Assembly (NCBI GenBank): GCA_003056265.1 | Contig: NBVN01000001.1 | Coordinates: 90,001 to 122,000 of the forward strand | Origin: Zestosphaera tikiterensis | GTDB lineage: Archaea > Thermoproteota > Thermoprotei_A > Sulfolobales > NBVN01 | Reading direction: 5' to 3' | Length of the DNA stretch: 32,000 bases | In this document: positions 8,317 through 17,014 of the stretch, piece after piece | Numbering within the stretch: the stretch's first letter is position 1 | How the letters are laid out: each line of letters starts with the position of its first letter | Position numbers and translations under genes: made by a program | The notes under the pieces: model-generated | Told to the model about the DNA's origin: nothing | The model's input: only the letters and a program-made list of their open reading frames with translations | The model's database searches: none

Positions 8317-9099
8317 TTAGTGGTGGTCGTATATATGTATGTGTTTATCCATGGCGTAGGCTAAATCTCCGTAGACAACCTTAAGAACTTCAGAACGTAG
8401 GACCTCGTCAGGACTTCCGAAGAAGTAAAGACCGTTGCCTAACAGCAGGACGTAGGAGGTATACCGTAAGAGTATTGTGGGGTCGTGGCTGGACACGATT
8501 ACGGTGACTTGCTTCGTTAAGCTACCTATCAACTCAGCTATTGACGCCCTGCCTGAAGGGTCTACAGGAGCTAAAGGCTCGTCCAAAACAAGTATTTCAG
8601 GTTCGTAAACTAAAGCCCTAGCTATTAAAGCTCTTTGCCTCTGACCACCAGATAACTTCCAAATGTTCTTATCCCATAAGCTCTTATCAAGGCCTACCAA
8701 CTCAAGGACTGAGCGGATCTTATCCTCAACACTTTTTGAAGCTCTTATCCTAGGCCATCCAGACCTATACAACATATACGCAGTTTCAACGAACTCCCTA
8801 ACCGTTACTGGGTATGGGAAGTAAGTCGGCGTGAATATCTGAGGTACGTAACCGAAGACTTTACTCACGACATCAGGTTTAGAGGTAATGTCAACACCTT
8901 TAAAGTATATCTTACCAGACAAAGGTTTAAGAAGGCCTAAAACCGTTTTAAGGAAGGTTGTCTTACCCGACCCATTAGGCCCTAAAACCTGCAGTAAACA
9001 CCGCTCCGGCAGAGACACATTTATATCCTTAACTAAAGGCTCCCCATACCCTACAGTTAAATCAACAGTTTTAAGGATCTCCACGTTACCCCCGTGCAC
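8317..9099 (-). CDS. metal (Zn/Mn/Fe-type) ABC transporter ATP-binding protein
   Basis: It has Walker A GPNGSGKTT, the signature LSGGQRQR, Walker B ILVLDEP and an H-loop SSHD. It is divergent from a cluster A-I binding protein and an ABC-3 permease. An alternative start is GTG 9084 (VEILKTVDL...). Confidence 0.85.
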   Translation of the reverse strand: MHGGNVEILKTVDLTVGYGEPLVKDINVSLPERCLLQVLGPNGSGKTTFLKTVLGLLKPLSGKIYFKGVDITSKPDVVSKVFGYVPQIFTPTYFPYPVTVREFVETAYMLYRSGWPRIRASKSVEDKIRSVLELVGLDKSLWDKNIWKLSGGQRQRALIARALVYEPEILVLDEPLAPVDPSGRASIAELIGSLTKQVTVIVSSHDPTILLRYTSYVLLLGNGLYFFGSPDEVLRSEVLKVVYGDLAYAMDKHIHIYDHH

Positions 9100-9103
9100 A
9101 TAT

Positions 9104-9131
9104 TGACATAAAACTTATTAAGTTTGTGCAC
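9104..9131. promoter_or_regulatory. bidirectional TATA/operator element of the metal ABC locus
   Basis: The sequence is TGACATAAAACTTATTAAGTTTGTGCAC. It contains the 7-1-7 palindrome AAACTTA-T-TAAGTTT (9111-9125), nested between GTGCACA (9094-9100) and TGTGCAC (9125-9131). A near-identical copy lies at 24788-24816. Confidence 0.5.
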
Positions 9132-9155
9132 GGATATAACCGAGGGTGTGGGTAC

Positions 9156-10157
9156 GTGAGAAGCGCGTTTCTTGCTGTGGTGGTTGCTATGTTTGTTGTG
9201 CTTCACTACGTAGTTTTTACTGCAGCTCAATCGAGTTCTGGAGTGACTGTGGTTGTGACTTTCCCAAGCCTTAAACGCGATGTTGAGGTTCTTACGTGTC
9301 CTCAAGACAGGGTTTACTCTTTACTTCCTTCAGGTGTTGACCCTCACGACTATCAATTAACGCCTGACGACGTTAAATTACTTAAGCAGGCGGATTTAAT
9401 AGTTTCGACGGCTCACACGCCTTACGAGTTAAGGATAGCTGAGATGATTTCCTCGGGTGAGTTAACTGCTGAGTTGATTGAGATACCTAAGCTTAAAGGT
9501 ATCGAGGTTTTAACGAATCCAATTACCGGGAGGGAAAACATGCACATGCCTATTTACAACCCAAGGAACTACTTAGTCTTTGTTAAAGCGTTGAGTGAGG
9601 TGCTCTCTAAGCTAAATCCGGCTTGCGGTAAAGTATATGAAGAAAATAAAGCTAAAGTAGTGGAAGTTCTTCAGAAACTTATTTCGGAGTACTTAGGTAG
9701 GTATAACTTAAGCGTTGTTGGAGTTTCACCATTAACTCAATACGCCGTTTCTTGGTTGGGTGTAGAGGTTAAGACATTTCTCGTGGTGGAACATGAGGTA
9801 TCGCCAACACCGGCTGACGTCAGCAGAGTTAAGGAGTTGATAGAGATGAAGCAGGTTAAAGCCTTAATAACAGTTGAAGGTTCTGAATACTCCGAATATA
9901 TGGAGGAGTTAAGCAAGAACTATAACCTACCGTTGATTAAAATACCATCGCCTTTCACAGGAGATACTTCACTACTCGACAAGATAATTTACGTGGTTAA
10001 TGCTGTAAAGAACGTTACTTTAGTTAATCAGGCAAGCACATCACCTACGTTAGGAAGCTACCTACCTACCGCGGCGGGGTATTATTCATTGGTTTTAACG
10101 TTGATTATCGCCATCCTACTTCTAACTGCCATAGTTCTTAAGGTGAGGCGAAGATGA
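9156..10157 (+). CDS. metal ABC transporter substrate-binding protein (ZnuA/TroA/PsaA cluster A-I), C-terminally membrane anchored
   Basis: Family-typical blocks are VVVTFPSL..DV, LLPSGVDPHDYQLTPDDVKLLKQADLIV and VSP. Starting at GTG 9156 gives a signal-like N-terminus (RSAFLAVVVAMFVVL), whereas the longest ORF starts at GTG 9126. There is a Ser/Thr linker plus a C-terminal TM helix and an RRR tail. Confidence 0.75.
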   Translation: MRSAFLAVVVAMFVVLHYVVFTAAQSSSGVTVVVTFPSLKRDVEVLTCPQDRVYSLLPSGVDPHDYQLTPDDVKLLKQADLIVSTAHTPYELRIAEMISSGELTAELIEIPKLKGIEVLTNPITGRENMHMPIYNPRNYLVFVKALSEVLSKLNPACGKVYEENKAKVVEVLQKLISEYLGRYNLSVVGVSPLTQYAVSWLGVEVKTFLVVEHEVSPTPADVSRVKELIEMKQVKALITVEGSEYSEYMEELSKNYNLPLIKIPSPFTGDTSLLDKIIYVVNAVKNVTLVNQASTSPTLGSYLPTAAGYYSLVLTLIIAILLLTAIVLKVRRR

Positions 10158-11029
10158 ATAACCTACAGGCGGCAATTACCTACGCTTTATTAAGTGTTTT
10201 CCTAGCTTTAATAACTTTCTTAATGACGCATGAGTTGACTTGGGTTTTAACTATAGCCTCGTTAGCAATGCTTTACGGATCATTAAGTCCTTTAATAGCT
10301 GCCCGCAGGCTTTACTACCTCTCAACAGCTTCCTCACATGCTTCATTACTTGCCGTCTCCTTAGCTTTAATAATTACCGAGACGTTTAAGGTCGGGACTC
10401 TCTACTTATGGGCTTCACTTACTTCTCTAACGTTGGTTTTCGGGGTTGGATATCTAATCTATAAGGGTGTGGATCCCGACGTAGCTACTTCCGCCTTCGT
10501 AGCCGCTACTACAGCGTCAAGCGTTATACTACTTTACTACGTATTGGTGAACTTCAGAAGTGTTTACAGCGTTAACGCCTTAATCATAGGGGACCCGCTC
10601 CTCATATCCCCCTCAGAAGCTTACCTTGCCTTAGGCATAGGTTTAACGGCTTTGCTTACGTCAGTAACTACATTCAGGGAGCACGTATGTTTAGGCATAG
10701 ATAAAGACATACTTAAGCTTGCCGGTGTTAAAGTCTACCTCTACGACGTCACGCTCTACGGTCTGATAGCGGTCTCCTCCATCTTACTGGTTAAGTTGGT
10801 TGGGTATGTGTTAACTCACGTGATGGTCCTCATGCCAGCCTTAATATCTATAAACGTCAGTAAATGCGCGTGTAAAACGTTAATAAACAGCGTTGGTTTA
10901 AGCGTTTTAATCTCTTTAACCGGTTTGCTAGTTTCGACGAAGTTAAACATAGCCCCTTCAGGAGCTATAGGACTTCTAATGTTTTTAACTTACCTCACCT
11001 CCTTCTTCTACGGATTTAAGGTGAGGTAG
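10154..11029 (+). CDS. metal ABC transporter permease (ABC-3 / ZnuB-TroC family)
   Basis: The protein is polytopic and very hydrophobic (291 aa, about 8-9 predicted TM segments). Its ATG overlaps the binding-protein stop (ATGA), which suggests translational coupling. Confidence 0.65.
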   Translation: MNNLQAAITYALLSVFLALITFLMTHELTWVLTIASLAMLYGSLSPLIAARRLYYLSTASSHASLLAVSLALIITETFKVGTLYLWASLTSLTLVFGVGYLIYKGVDPDVATSAFVAATTASSVILLYYVLVNFRSVYSVNALIIGDPLLISPSEAYLALGIGLTALLTSVTTFREHVCLGIDKDILKLAGVKVYLYDVTLYGLIAVSSILLVKLVGYVLTHVMVLMPALISINVSKCACKTLINSVGLSVLISLTGLLVSTKLNIAPSGAIGLLMFLTYLTSFFYGFKVR

Positions 11030-11030
11030 T

Positions 11031-11402
11031 GTGAAGAAACGGTTTGGAGTTTCATTAAGTGAGGGAACGACTCAAGATTTAAACGCTGTAGCCAGTAAGT
11101 TAGGTTGTAATAGATCGGCGATAGTTGAGAAAGCTGTTGAGCTATACCTTACGGAGTTGAAACATGCTTCTGAAGAACATACATGCTTAGGCGTTATGAT
11201 AATCACTAAGAAAAGCAGTAACGTGCCTATAGAGAACGTATATGAAGAGTTTAAAGACGTTATATCTGGCTATACACACTATCACGTAAGGAACACATGC
11301 GTTGATGTAGTTCTCACCGCCGGTTCCTCATCTAGGATTTTAGAACTGCGTAAAAACCTTGAAGGTTGCGGCTGCTTAGTTAAGTACGTAATCCTACACT
11401 AG
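11031..11402 (+). CDS. NikR-family ribbon-helix-helix regulator, divergent metal site
   Basis: The N-terminal CopG/RHH block is FGVSLSEGTTQDLNAVASKLGCNRSAIVEKAVELYL. The C-terminal ACT-like domain carries H83-x-H85-x4-C90 and a GCGC near the C-terminus. The gene starts 2 nt after the permease stop. Confidence 0.6.
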   Translation: MKKRFGVSLSEGTTQDLNAVASKLGCNRSAIVEKAVELYLTELKHASEEHTCLGVMIITKKSSNVPIENVYEEFKDVISGYTHYHVRNTCVDVVLTAGSSSRILELRKNLEGCGCLVKYVILH

Positions 11403-11435
11403 ATAACGTTGTTTCCCACGATACTTAAAAGTGGG

Positions 11436-12893
11436 TTAAGGCTGTTTAGCAGTCCTCCTTAAAACCCATTTAGTACCTGTAGCTGTGTCTTGAAGCTCTA
11501 TACCTAACCTCTTTAAAGAGTCTCTAATACCATCTGAAAGATCCCATAACCTCCTCTTCCTAAGTTCTCCCCTTACATTTACTATCAACTCTATTAAGTT
11601 CTTAATTAACTCATCACTTGAGGTTAACTCGAACTTCAGGCCTAAAACCTCGTTAATCTCTTTAACCACAGCCCAAACCTTCCCGTAGCCTTCAGCGGAT
11701 ATATAATCATATTTATTGGTGTAGTCGTTTACCTGCGAAATCAATTCGAAGTAGGCTGAGAGAGCTTGAGCCGTGTTTAAATCGTTGTTCATAGCGTCTG
11801 CGAATCTACTCCACACATCCTCAGCCTTCTTAACCAACGTTAACTCATCTTCTGAGGGGGTGGTTGCGTTTACGATGTTGAGTTGCTGAAGCCTATTTAC
11901 TGAGGTTTCTATGCGTGAAGCCGATTTATAAGCGCTTTCAAGGCCTTCCCAACTGAAGTCTATAGGTGATCTGTAATGTGTTTGAAGTATATAAAGCCTT
12001 AACGCGTTGGCTCCGTACTTACTAACGGCTTCTCTAATAGTGACGTAGTTACCTAAAGACTTACTCATTTTCTCTCCCTGCACCGTAAGCAGGCCTACAT
12101 GTATCCAGAAATTCACGAATGGTTTCACACCTGTGTAGGACTCCGCCTGAGCAACTTCAGCTTCATGGTGTGGGAAAATAAGCTCTACGGCCCCGCCGTG
12201 TATGTCGTATTGAGGTCCGAAATGCCTTAAGGTTATGGCTGTATCCTCTATATGCCATCCCGGCCTGCCGAAACCCCACGGAGATTCCCAACCGAATTCC
12301 TCACGTGGCCTAACCCTCCATAAGGCGAAGTCCCCGGGGTTTCTCTTGCTTGGATCCGGCTCTATCCTATGTTTTACGAGTTCTGAGGGATCCCTACCTG
12401 AGAGCTTACCGTAGTCTTCAAAAGACGTGATGTCGAAGTACACACCAGTAGGTGTTACGTACGCATGACCTTTATCTATCAACACCCTTATCTGGTCGAA
12501 TATCTCGTTAATGTAGTCTGAAGCTCTCGCGTAGAGATTCGGGGAAGTTACGTTTAAAGAAATCATATCCTCCATGAAGTATCTCTCGTAAGTCCTAGCT
12601 AACTCTAGAGGATGTATTTTCTCATCTCTAGCCCTATTTATTATCTTATCATCTACATCCGTTATGTTGACTATATAGAATAGCGAGTAACCCAACTTTC
12701 TTAGCCATCTGGCCACAACGTCGAAGAATATGAAGACACGCGCGTGTCCAACATGTGAGTAGTCATATACTGTCGGGCCGCAGACAAACATGAAGACCCT
12801 ATTTCCATTTAGCGGTTTAAACGTCTCTATCTGTCTTGTCCTCGTGTTATATATCTTAAGGTTAGCAAACGTAGTCACCCAACACTTACGCAC
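11436..12893 (-). CDS. cysS: cysteinyl-tRNA synthetase
   Basis: The HIGH motif appears as HVGHAR and KMSKS is canonical (KMSKSLGN). The Cys-binding CGPTVYD and WGFGRPGWHIE blocks are characteristic of CysRS. An alternative start is GTG 12878. Confidence 0.9.
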   Translation of the reverse strand: MRKCWVTTFANLKIYNTRTRQIETFKPLNGNRVFMFVCGPTVYDYSHVGHARVFIFFDVVARWLRKLGYSLFYIVNITDVDDKIINRARDEKIHPLELARTYERYFMEDMISLNVTSPNLYARASDYINEIFDQIRVLIDKGHAYVTPTGVYFDITSFEDYGKLSGRDPSELVKHRIEPDPSKRNPGDFALWRVRPREEFGWESPWGFGRPGWHIEDTAITLRHFGPQYDIHGGAVELIFPHHEAEVAQAESYTGVKPFVNFWIHVGLLTVQGEKMSKSLGNYVTIREAVSKYGANALRLYILQTHYRSPIDFSWEGLESAYKSASRIETSVNRLQQLNIVNATTPSEDELTLVKKAEDVWSRFADAMNNDLNTAQALSAYFELISQVNDYTNKYDYISAEGYGKVWAVVKEINEVLGLKFELTSSDELIKNLIELIVNVRGELRKRRLWDLSDGIRDSLKRLGIELQDTATGTKWVLRRTAKQP

Positions 12894-12981
12894 CCCACAT
12901 TAATAAGTTACGTATGGGGCTTTTATATCGTTGACTTCGTTCATGGTTTGAAGATTTTTATTATCTTCAAGAATATATGTT

Positions 12982-14436
12982 TTGGTGTTTAACTTGAGTG
13001 TAGACGAAGGCGTTTTATCAAAAGCCGTTGATGAAGGCTTATCTTTAGGTGCTAAGTATGTTGAGGTAAGGTATCAGAAAGACTACGTTGATGGTGTAAC
13101 GCTTAGAAATGATAAAGTGGTTAGCGTAGGTGTTGAAAGAACTGAAGGGGTTGGAGTTAGAGTTCTTGTCGATGGGTCTTTAGGTTTTGCCTCAACTAAC
13201 GACTTAAGTTTGGAGGGTGTTTTAAAGGCTGTTAGGGTTGCTTACGAGAGGGCTAAGGCCTTAGCTCCTTTAAGGCGTAAGCCAATAGAGTTTAGCGAGG
13301 AAAGAGTTGGTAGGGCTTCATACGGTGTAGTACCTAAGGTTAAGCTTGAAGACTTAAGCGTTGAGGAAAGGATTAAGTTAGGTAAGGAGATTTACGACGT
13401 AGTTTTAAAAACTGCTTTAAAAGTTAAAGTCCCAGCGTATATGTTTGAGTTAACGACGCATGATCAGGAGAAGTTAATAGTTACTTCTGAAGGTGCTTAC
13501 GTAAGGTCTTACGTGCCTAGGCTTTACGTATCGTTAAATGTGGTTCTGTTGGAGCCGCAGAAAGGAACTTTACAAAGGAGGCTTGAGTACGCAGGGTCTG
13601 GAGGTGTTGAGCAGTTAAAAACTTGGAACATTTCAGAGGATGTTGCTGGGGAGATTAAGAACTTAGAGAAAGTCCTTCTTGAAGGTGTTGAGCCGCCTAA
13701 AGACGCTGTAGACGTTGTCGTAGGGTCTGAAATCGTTGGGCTTTTAGTCCATGAATCGGCTGGACATCCTATGGAGGCGGATAGGATATTAGGTAGGGAA
13801 GCTGCGCAGGCGGGTGAGTCTTACGTAAAGCCCAATATGATCGGTGTCTACAGAGTCGGTAATAGCTTAGCTACTGTTGTGGAAGATCCTACAATACCTG
13901 GGAGCAACGGCTTCTACCTATACGATGATGAGGGGGTCCCCGCTAGGCCTAGGTACCTCTATAAAGAAGGTTTGTTAAACGAGCCGTTGCATAATAGACA
14001 TACGGCTAAGATCTTCGGCGTTAACAGTAACGCAGCAGCTAGGTCTATGGACTACGCGTCGGAACCTATAATTAGGATGAGTAACACTTACTTCAAGCCA
14101 GGCAATATGACGTTTGAAGAGTTACTGGAGGGTGTGGCGGTGGGTGTTTACATTAAGTCTTACATGGAGTGGAACATAGATGATAGGAGGTGGAACCAAA
14201 GGTATGTGGGTCTTGAAGCTTACATGATTAGAAATGGTGAGCTCGCTGAACCCGTTAGGAACCCTGTACTTGAGATAACTACGCAAGGCTTCTACAGCAA
14301 TATAGTCGCTGTGGATAAGAACTTAAAGTTCTATCCAGGAACTTGCGGTAAGGGTGAGCCCGCGCAGGGTGTTCCCGTATGGTTTGGAGGTCCTAACGTC
14401 CGAATTTCGAAGGTTAGGTTGGGGGTGATCGCTTAA
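12982..14436 (+). CDS. tldD: TldD-type metalloprotease
   Basis: It has the HESAGHPMEADR (HExxxH) motif, a C-terminal GTCGKGEP.QGVPV block, and a paired PmbA gene downstream. The start codon is TTG. Confidence 0.85.
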   Translation: MVFNLSVDEGVLSKAVDEGLSLGAKYVEVRYQKDYVDGVTLRNDKVVSVGVERTEGVGVRVLVDGSLGFASTNDLSLEGVLKAVRVAYERAKALAPLRRKPIEFSEERVGRASYGVVPKVKLEDLSVEERIKLGKEIYDVVLKTALKVKVPAYMFELTTHDQEKLIVTSEGAYVRSYVPRLYVSLNVVLLEPQKGTLQRRLEYAGSGGVEQLKTWNISEDVAGEIKNLEKVLLEGVEPPKDAVDVVVGSEIVGLLVHESAGHPMEADRILGREAAQAGESYVKPNMIGVYRVGNSLATVVEDPTIPGSNGFYLYDDEGVPARPRYLYKEGLLNEPLHNRHTAKIFGVNSNAAARSMDYASEPIIRMSNTYFKPGNMTFEELLEGVAVGVYIKSYMEWNIDDRRWNQRYVGLEAYMIRNGELAEPVRNPVLEITTQGFYSNIVAVDKNLKFYPGTCGKGEPAQGVPVWFGGPNVRISKVRLGVIA

Positions 14437-15788
14437 TGGTGGGAGGTGGTTCTAATATGAAAGAACCTCTTTGGTTAGCTGAGGAGTTAGTTACGAAGCT
14501 TAAGCCTAGGTATGACGATGTAGCGGCTTTAGTTATCAACGACGACACAGCCATGGTTAAGCTGTGGAATACCGAGCCCTCAGTGGTTCAGTCATGGATG
14601 AGGACTAGGGTTGGGTTGCTTCTAGCTAAGAATAGAAGATTGCTAACTCTAGAGATATCGGCTAGAAAACCTGAGGACGTATTAAAGGCTACTGAGAGGA
14701 TTGAGGAAATAGCCGATAAGGTTGAGGAGTCGGAGCTTTACGCTCCATTACCTGAACCGGAGGGGGTGAAGGCCCTTACCGGGATGTTCGATGGAAGGGT
14801 TGTTGAGGCTTTAAATAATCCGAGACCTTACGCTGAAGCTATGATAGACTCAGCACTTTCTCAAGGTGTTGATAGGGTTGCTGGAACATTAACTTTAAGT
14901 AGGGTTGTAAGGGCGTTAGCTACTAGCAAGGGCTTTAGCGGTATGGAGGAGAAAACCTACGTAGAGGCTTACTTAAGGGCTTTTAAGGGTGAGTTCAGCG
15001 GTCATTGGGCACATGGGTCAACTAGATTAGACATTAACGCGTTGAAGGACGTGGGTTTGAAGGCGGGGCAGTACGCGACCATAACGAATAAGAAGGTGGA
15101 TTTCCAACCGGGTAAGTATTCAGTCATATTATCGCCGTTGGTTGTGGGTAACTTACTAGGTGACGTAGCTTTCATGGCTTCAGCTACTGCTGTATTGCTT
15201 GGTTACTCTATGTTTATGAAGTATAGGTTAGGGGATGTAGTAGCTTCAGAGAAGCTCTCAATGTATGATGTACCACACGATACTTCATTGCCACGTGCGT
15301 CAGCGTTTGACGATGAGGGAAGCCCCACATACGATAAACCAATCATAGAGAATGGCGTACTTAAAAACCTACTCCATAATTCAGGCACAGCAGCTAAAAT
15401 GGGTGTTAAAACCACAGGCAATGCTGGATGGATATTCGCAAGGGCCTGGAACCTAAACATCGGCTTGGGAGACTTCAAAGAGGATGAGTTAATTAGTGAG
15501 TTGAGGAACGGCCTCATAATAACCAATAACTGGTACACCAGACTTCAAAACTATGTGGAGGGCATATTCTCCACAGTAAGTAGAGATGCCACCTTACTGG
15601 TTAAGGATGGGGAGATCTTAGGCGACGTGGGTAGGGTTAGGATAGCGTCTAAATTCTCGACGTTAATGAAGAACATAGTAGGGATAAGCAATAAACCCTA
15701 TGACATCATGTGGTGGGAGGTTAGAACACCAACTAGATGTGGGTATATCCTCGCGAAAGATATAAACATAACTAAGCCATATATTTAA
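14436..15788 (+). CDS. pmbA: PmbA/TldE family protein
   Basis: This TldD/PmbA-fold paralog lacks the HExxxH motif. Its start overlaps the tldD stop (TAATG). An alternative start is ATG 14457. Confidence 0.8.
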   Translation: MVGGGSNMKEPLWLAEELVTKLKPRYDDVAALVINDDTAMVKLWNTEPSVVQSWMRTRVGLLLAKNRRLLTLEISARKPEDVLKATERIEEIADKVEESELYAPLPEPEGVKALTGMFDGRVVEALNNPRPYAEAMIDSALSQGVDRVAGTLTLSRVVRALATSKGFSGMEEKTYVEAYLRAFKGEFSGHWAHGSTRLDINALKDVGLKAGQYATITNKKVDFQPGKYSVILSPLVVGNLLGDVAFMASATAVLLGYSMFMKYRLGDVVASEKLSMYDVPHDTSLPRASAFDDEGSPTYDKPIIENGVLKNLLHNSGTAAKMGVKTTGNAGWIFARAWNLNIGLGDFKEDELISELRNGLIITNNWYTRLQNYVEGIFSTVSRDATLLVKDGEILGDVGRVRIASKFSTLMKNIVGISNKPYDIMWWEVRTPTRCGYILAKDINITKPYI

Positions 15789-15846
15789 ATCCCTTAAAAT
15801 GAGTTTTTCCATCTCTTTAAATATGTCGCGGTAGTTCAAGACTTAT

Positions 15847-16917
15847 TTAAAACTCTTCAGCTCCATACTCACCTGAGAATTCATCTCCTACGTCCTCTGT
15901 TTCCCAAGCTTTTGGACAACCTTTTCCATATCTAATTACAGGTCCTGAAAGCTTCGTAAGTAGAGCTACTCTAGAGGGTCGTGAGTATGAAGCGAGTTTA
16001 TATCCGGTTGCTTCAGCTAGCTTGTAAGCGAAGTTCATAACCTCCTGCATGGAGGGCATGTTCTCCCTACTTAACCTTCCTGTAGAGCCGCCCACGTGCA
16101 TGTAGGCTTTAGGTTCTACGTAGGTTGGCGACGCTAAATCTATGAGTTTCGCAAACCCTTCAACGTCTTTATCGCTCATGTTAAAACCTTTAACTAACGT
16201 TATCCTTATCACTGTAGGTGATGAGAAAGAAGGTAGCATCTCTAAGGTTTTAACGGTTTTCTCCCAACCCTTACTTACTAAAGGTTTGTTAAAGTATGTA
16301 TACATGTCTTTATTCCACGCCTCTAAGGATATGTAGAGCTGCGTGGGTTCCTCCTCAAGCGATGCTAAAACCTCAGGTCTTATACCTCTAGTAACTAAAA
16401 ACGTCGTTAACCCTCTCTTATGGAATTCCCTTATCAACTCACCAAGCCTTGGATATAGGGTCGGTTCGCCAGTTAATGAGATGGCCACGTGCTTGGGGTC
16501 CATAGCCTCAAGCCATAGCTCCTTCGGGGCTACATTCCTATACCCGCTTACTGTCCTTCTATGCTCCTCGATAGCTTGATCGGCAAGAACTGAAGGGTCA
16601 TCAACGTACGGCAACTTCATGAGGTCCTCATCCCGTAACCCCATGTCTTGAGGCCTTACTCTCCAACAATGGAGGCAAGCATTCCAACACCATAAAGTAG
16701 ATGGTGTGAATTGAATACATCTATGTGATTCAATACCGTAGAACTTGCATTTATAGCAGTACCTACCTTGAGTTAAGGCGTTATGAACCCATAAACACTT
16801 CTTAACAGCTGAGTGCATCCCTATTAAATGGTATTTCTGCTTCTTAAGCTTACTTACAGCTATTGTGTAGGGGTCACCATCCTCAGCAACTACCAGCTCT
16901 AAAGACCTCCTAACCAA
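15847..16917 (-). CDS. taw1: tRNA 4-demethylwyosine synthase (radical SAM, Taw1/TYW1)
   Basis: YHLIGMHSAVKKCLW....GRYCYKCKFYGIESHRCIQFTP...WCWNACLHCWR matches the Taw1 auxiliary-cluster plus radical-SAM cluster arrangement known from archaeal Taw1. Confidence 0.85.
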   Translation of the reverse strand: MVRRSLELVVAEDGDPYTIAVSKLKKQKYHLIGMHSAVKKCLWVHNALTQGRYCYKCKFYGIESHRCIQFTPSTLWCWNACLHCWRVRPQDMGLRDEDLMKLPYVDDPSVLADQAIEEHRRTVSGYRNVAPKELWLEAMDPKHVAISLTGEPTLYPRLGELIREFHKRGLTTFLVTRGIRPEVLASLEEEPTQLYISLEAWNKDMYTYFNKPLVSKGWEKTVKTLEMLPSFSSPTVIRITLVKGFNMSDKDVEGFAKLIDLASPTYVEPKAYMHVGGSTGRLSRENMPSMQEVMNFAYKLAEATGYKLASYSRPSRVALLTKLSGPVIRYGKGCPKAWETEDVGDEFSGEYGAEEF

Positions 16918-17014
16918 GCTTAACCCCCTTAAGCGTCCTGCTATAGTGAGCGTTCCACAACTTATAACTCTTACAGCTACTTACTCTCTTGAAGAGATTC
17001 TCCTCTTAAAAACC

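Noticed and set aside
11415-11435. The CCCAC-N11-GTGGG hairpin between the convergent nikR-like and cysS genes, considered as a bidirectional terminator.
   Set aside because: The stem is only 5 bp with an 11-nt loop, and there is no adjacent oligo-T run on either strand. The support is too weak to call.
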